A stretch of DNA of 27,256 nt from the IMG/VR virus record IMGVR_UViG_3300030095_002016, positions 1 to 27,256 of that record, one strand, 5' to 3'. This document shows positions 25,077 through 27,256 of the stretch, one piece after another. Below the pieces are notes generated by a model, which made no database searches, was not told the origin of the DNA, and saw only the letters and a program-made list of their open reading frames with translations. The DNA is from a virus. Lineage: Duplodnaviria > Caudoviricetes. Both the position numbers and the translations under genes were made by a program. How positions within the stretch are numbered: position 1 is the stretch's first letter; the number at the start of each line of letters is the position of its first letter.

Positions 25077-25247
25077 TTAGCCTTTCTTGGACCTAGCGGC
25101 CCTCATGTTGTCAACGAGATTTGGATATGGACGCCCACCCCTACGGGCCGCAGCCATAGCCGACTTTTTCTGCTTGGTAGTCAAAGCCTGAGGCTTGCCC
25201 AGGCCCTTTGGGCGTTTCTTGTCCCAAACTTCTTTTTTCTTCGCCAT
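25077..25247 (-). CDS. 56-aa basic protein (MAKKKEVWDKKRPKGLGK...RPYPNLVDNMRAAR)
   Basis: Start reassigned from 25400 to 25247, just after the previous stop, with a G-rich RBS. Confidence 0.7.
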   Translation of the reverse strand: MAKKKEVWDKKRPKGLGKPQALTTKQKKSAMAAARRGGRPYPNLVDNMRAARSKKG

Positions 25248-25248
25248 T

Positions 25249-25524
25249 TTACCCCCCCAGCATTGAACCGGCACCTTTGATGCCCGTCTGAGCATTTTCG
25301 CGGTCGCTTGACAGTAAAAGTCTGTAGCCGCCGCGCTGATTGCGTCTTGACTTGGACCTAGCTGCAACTCGTGATTTAGCCGTGCGCTCTTCTTCTTCAA
25401 GCCTGGCTTCTTGCTTCGCTAAAATGTCAGCTTGTTTTTGCATAGCTTCGGTTTGCGCTTTGTTTGCCGCCGAGTTGTCAGGAACTTTCGGACCGCCAAA
25501 AATTTTCTTAACTACGTTGCTCAT
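25249..25524 (-). CDS. small virion-assembly-like protein (91 aa)
   Basis: FGGPKVP, coiled coil, Arg-rich segment and terminal LGG; upstream of portal. Confidence 0.7.
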   Translation of the reverse strand: MSNVVKKIFGGPKVPDNSAANKAQTEAMQKQADILAKQEARLEEEERTAKSRVAARSKSRRNQRGGYRLLLSSDRENAQTGIKGAGSMLGG

Positions 25525-25999
25525 CGTAAAACCTTACAAAAATGTGATAATCGTCACCCTCAGGGCCATATTCTTTGAGGGTTGCTTCCCTTTTAAATTT
25601 AACAAACTCGGCAAAGCGAACAGCCTGTAAGTGCGATGAACGAACCATGAACTGCAATCTCCGTAATTGCATAGAAGGACCAATGTGATAGAAAACTGCA
25701 CGACCAGCCTTGCCTATTACAATCGGGTTGCGCTCAATACGATTGCTTGGCACCATCCAGCCCTCAGCGACACCAGGCCAAATCTCATAAAACCCAAATG
25801 AGAGAAATGGCTTATCATTATAAAACAGAGTAAATGCTGGATTATCTTGCGCCTGGGCCCCAAGACTTTCTGCAAAACCTGGCACCGCCTGGCTAAACCG
25901 CCTGGAATAATCAGTTAGTTCCATCAGGTAGATGTGACTCGGATGAAAATCCACAGTCCGCAAACCGCACCAACCAACAACATCCTGGGCCGTTACCAT
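25508..25999 (-). CDS. GNAT-fold acetyltransferase-like protein
   Basis: WPGVAEGW...LRRLQFMV......A.RFAE...F.RE..L..YG RimJ/RimL-like C-terminal motif. Confidence 0.7.
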   Translation of the reverse strand: MVTAQDVVGWCGLRTVDFHPSHIYLMELTDYSRRFSQAVPGFAESLGAQAQDNPAFTLFYNDKPFLSFGFYEIWPGVAEGWMVPSNRIERNPIVIGKAGRAVFYHIGPSMQLRRLQFMVRSSHLQAVRFAEFVKFKREATLKEYGPEGDDYHIFVRFYDEQRS

Positions 26000-27256
26000 A
26001 CGTTAAAATCAGTTTTAGCCAGGGTAGGGAGCCCGTCATTCCTTAACCGACTCCTGGTCATGCGCCTATGTTCGCCAGCCCCCAGGAGCAAATACCCATA
26101 AGCATCGCCAACGTGGGAGCTATCATTTTTATTTGGCACATCCCGAAAGCGATCATTGCCGCCGCTGATCCCAACCCGCTTGAAATGATACCCACCCGCC
26201 AGGGCCTTTCTAAGCCGCGTACAACGGGCATTGACCCTCAGCCCTGGTTTCCCATCAGTCAGCCGCAACATAGGGGCTGCACCAGCCTCACGGCGCACCT
26301 GGAAGTCATTTGACGCTGTAGGCTGGGCAGTTAGCCCAATGGTTCGCAAATGGTCAAAAGCCGTAACCTCGAATATTTCATCCCGCTTCATACCAGCCGG
26401 ATCACCCCAAACCTTCACCTCAAACTTGGGATATTTCATATTCAATTCATAAAGCAACATCTGGCCAAATCGCTCCAGCCCCATGTCCTCGGTCACAATC
26501 TCCTCTAAAACGTGCCATTTACCAGACGCAAACCGCTGGCCAATAACAGCCGCAGGGGTTAATCCAAAGTCCAGGCCAACGTGCAAAGGCAATGACAAGT
26601 CTGCGGTCAGGTCATGGTCAACCATAATCGTGTCATCATACTCATGCCAGACGGGCTTACCCTCTTGCACATAGACATATTTGCCGCCAACGTAACACTC
26701 AATCCAATCAAGCTGTTTATCGCCAATCTGTTGCTCATAATAACCATTTGGCAGATTGCCGACATTCTCAGCCTTTGGATTATTCGCCCATAACCTACCA
26801 CCACCAGGCAAAGCCTCAGGGTTTTCGCTTGTTACCTCAAGCATACCTGGCGGCTGATTGTAAAAGTTCCATTTATATTTACCCTTTACTGGCTCCTTCT
26901 CAGACAACCGATACCACCAATGATCGTCTGCCATAGGGTTGGTATCAGCCCATATACCCCGCCAGGGGCAACCACCATTCGCCTTTGTCGGATACCGCCC
27001 GACACGATGCGTTAGCCCCTGGACAATACTTAATGGGAGTTCGCGCGCCTCGTTTACCCAGGCACCACTTAACTCAAGAGATAACAGCTTCCGCACATCT
27101 TTAGGCTGATCCAGGGCCAGGAAAATCACCTCGCAATCAATCCCAGCCGCATCCCCCCTAGATGGTAACTTAATATGATGCGTCAATGGTGGGCTCCAAC
27201 GCATTGGCCCAAATATATGTTCTGGGAAAAGTTCAAGCCAGGTCTTAATAGTTGTG
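25993..27256 (-). CDS. terL: terminase large subunit (5' truncated by the window edge)
   Basis: Frame is open to the edge (TTIKTWLELFPE...); Walker B AWVNEARE, coupling DTNP, nuclease GLDFG and SHVGDA motifs. Confidence 0.93.
   Translation of the reverse strand, partial: TTIKTWLELFPEHIFGPMRWSPPLTHHIKLPSRGDAAGIDCEVIFLALDQPKDVRKLLSLELSGAWVNEARELPLSIVQGLTHRVGRYPTKANGGCPWRGIWADTNPMADDHWWYRLSEKEPVKGKYKWNFYNQPPGMLEVTSENPEALPGGGRLWANNPKAENVGNLPNGYYEQQIGDKQLDWIECYVGGKYVYVQEGKPVWHEYDDTIMVDHDLTADLSLPLHVGLDFGLTPAAVIGQRFASGKWHVLEEIVTEDMGLERFGQMLLYELNMKYPKFEVKVWGDPAGMKRDEIFEVTAFDHLRTIGLTAQPTASNDFQVRREAGAAPMLRLTDGKPGLRVNARCTRLRKALAGGYHFKRVGISGGNDRFRDVPNKNDSSHVGDAYGYLLLGAGEHRRMTRSRLRNDGLPTLAKTDFNVW

Noticed and set aside
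25248-25400. N-terminal extension of the 107-aa ORF 25077-25400
   Set aside because: It overlaps the 91-aa gene out of frame; a better start lies at 25247.
1-27256. CRISPR array, tRNA or rRNA genes
   Set aside because: No spaced repeats or cloverleaf patterns seen; the window is almost fully coding.

Overview
The window is an internal fragment of a tailed dsDNA phage or prophage with podovirus-type morphogenesis genes (BPP-1/epsilon15/HTVC010P-like gene order; a marine alphaproteobacterial host is my inference). On the minus strand, read right to left: terminase large subunit (truncated at the edge), a GNAT-like protein, several small basic proteins, portal, scaffold, major capsid, tail tubular A and B, four internal virion/ejection proteins, tail fibre plus a cassette of fibre-like genes, and a lysis cassette (membrane proteins, holin, GH108 endolysin). 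On the plus strand (1-3629): a serine recombinase, a wHTH protein, a YqaJ-like exonuclease and a LexA DNA-binding-domain protein. Most notable observations: (1) a Zeta-toxin-like P-loop kinase domain inside an ejection protein, followed immediately by a protein-like ORF nested in the +1 frame, a candidate overprinted antitoxin; (2) strong enrichment of CCWGG (Dcm-type) sites, which are almost absent from the tail-fibre cassette; (3) a dif-like XerCD site with a degenerate XerD arm; (4) a capsid leader with two mutually exclusive RNA folds and a repeated GACAACC motif; (5) Lys/Gly-rich micro-peptides beside an acetyltransferase. All assignments come from motif reading and gene order; no database search was run.
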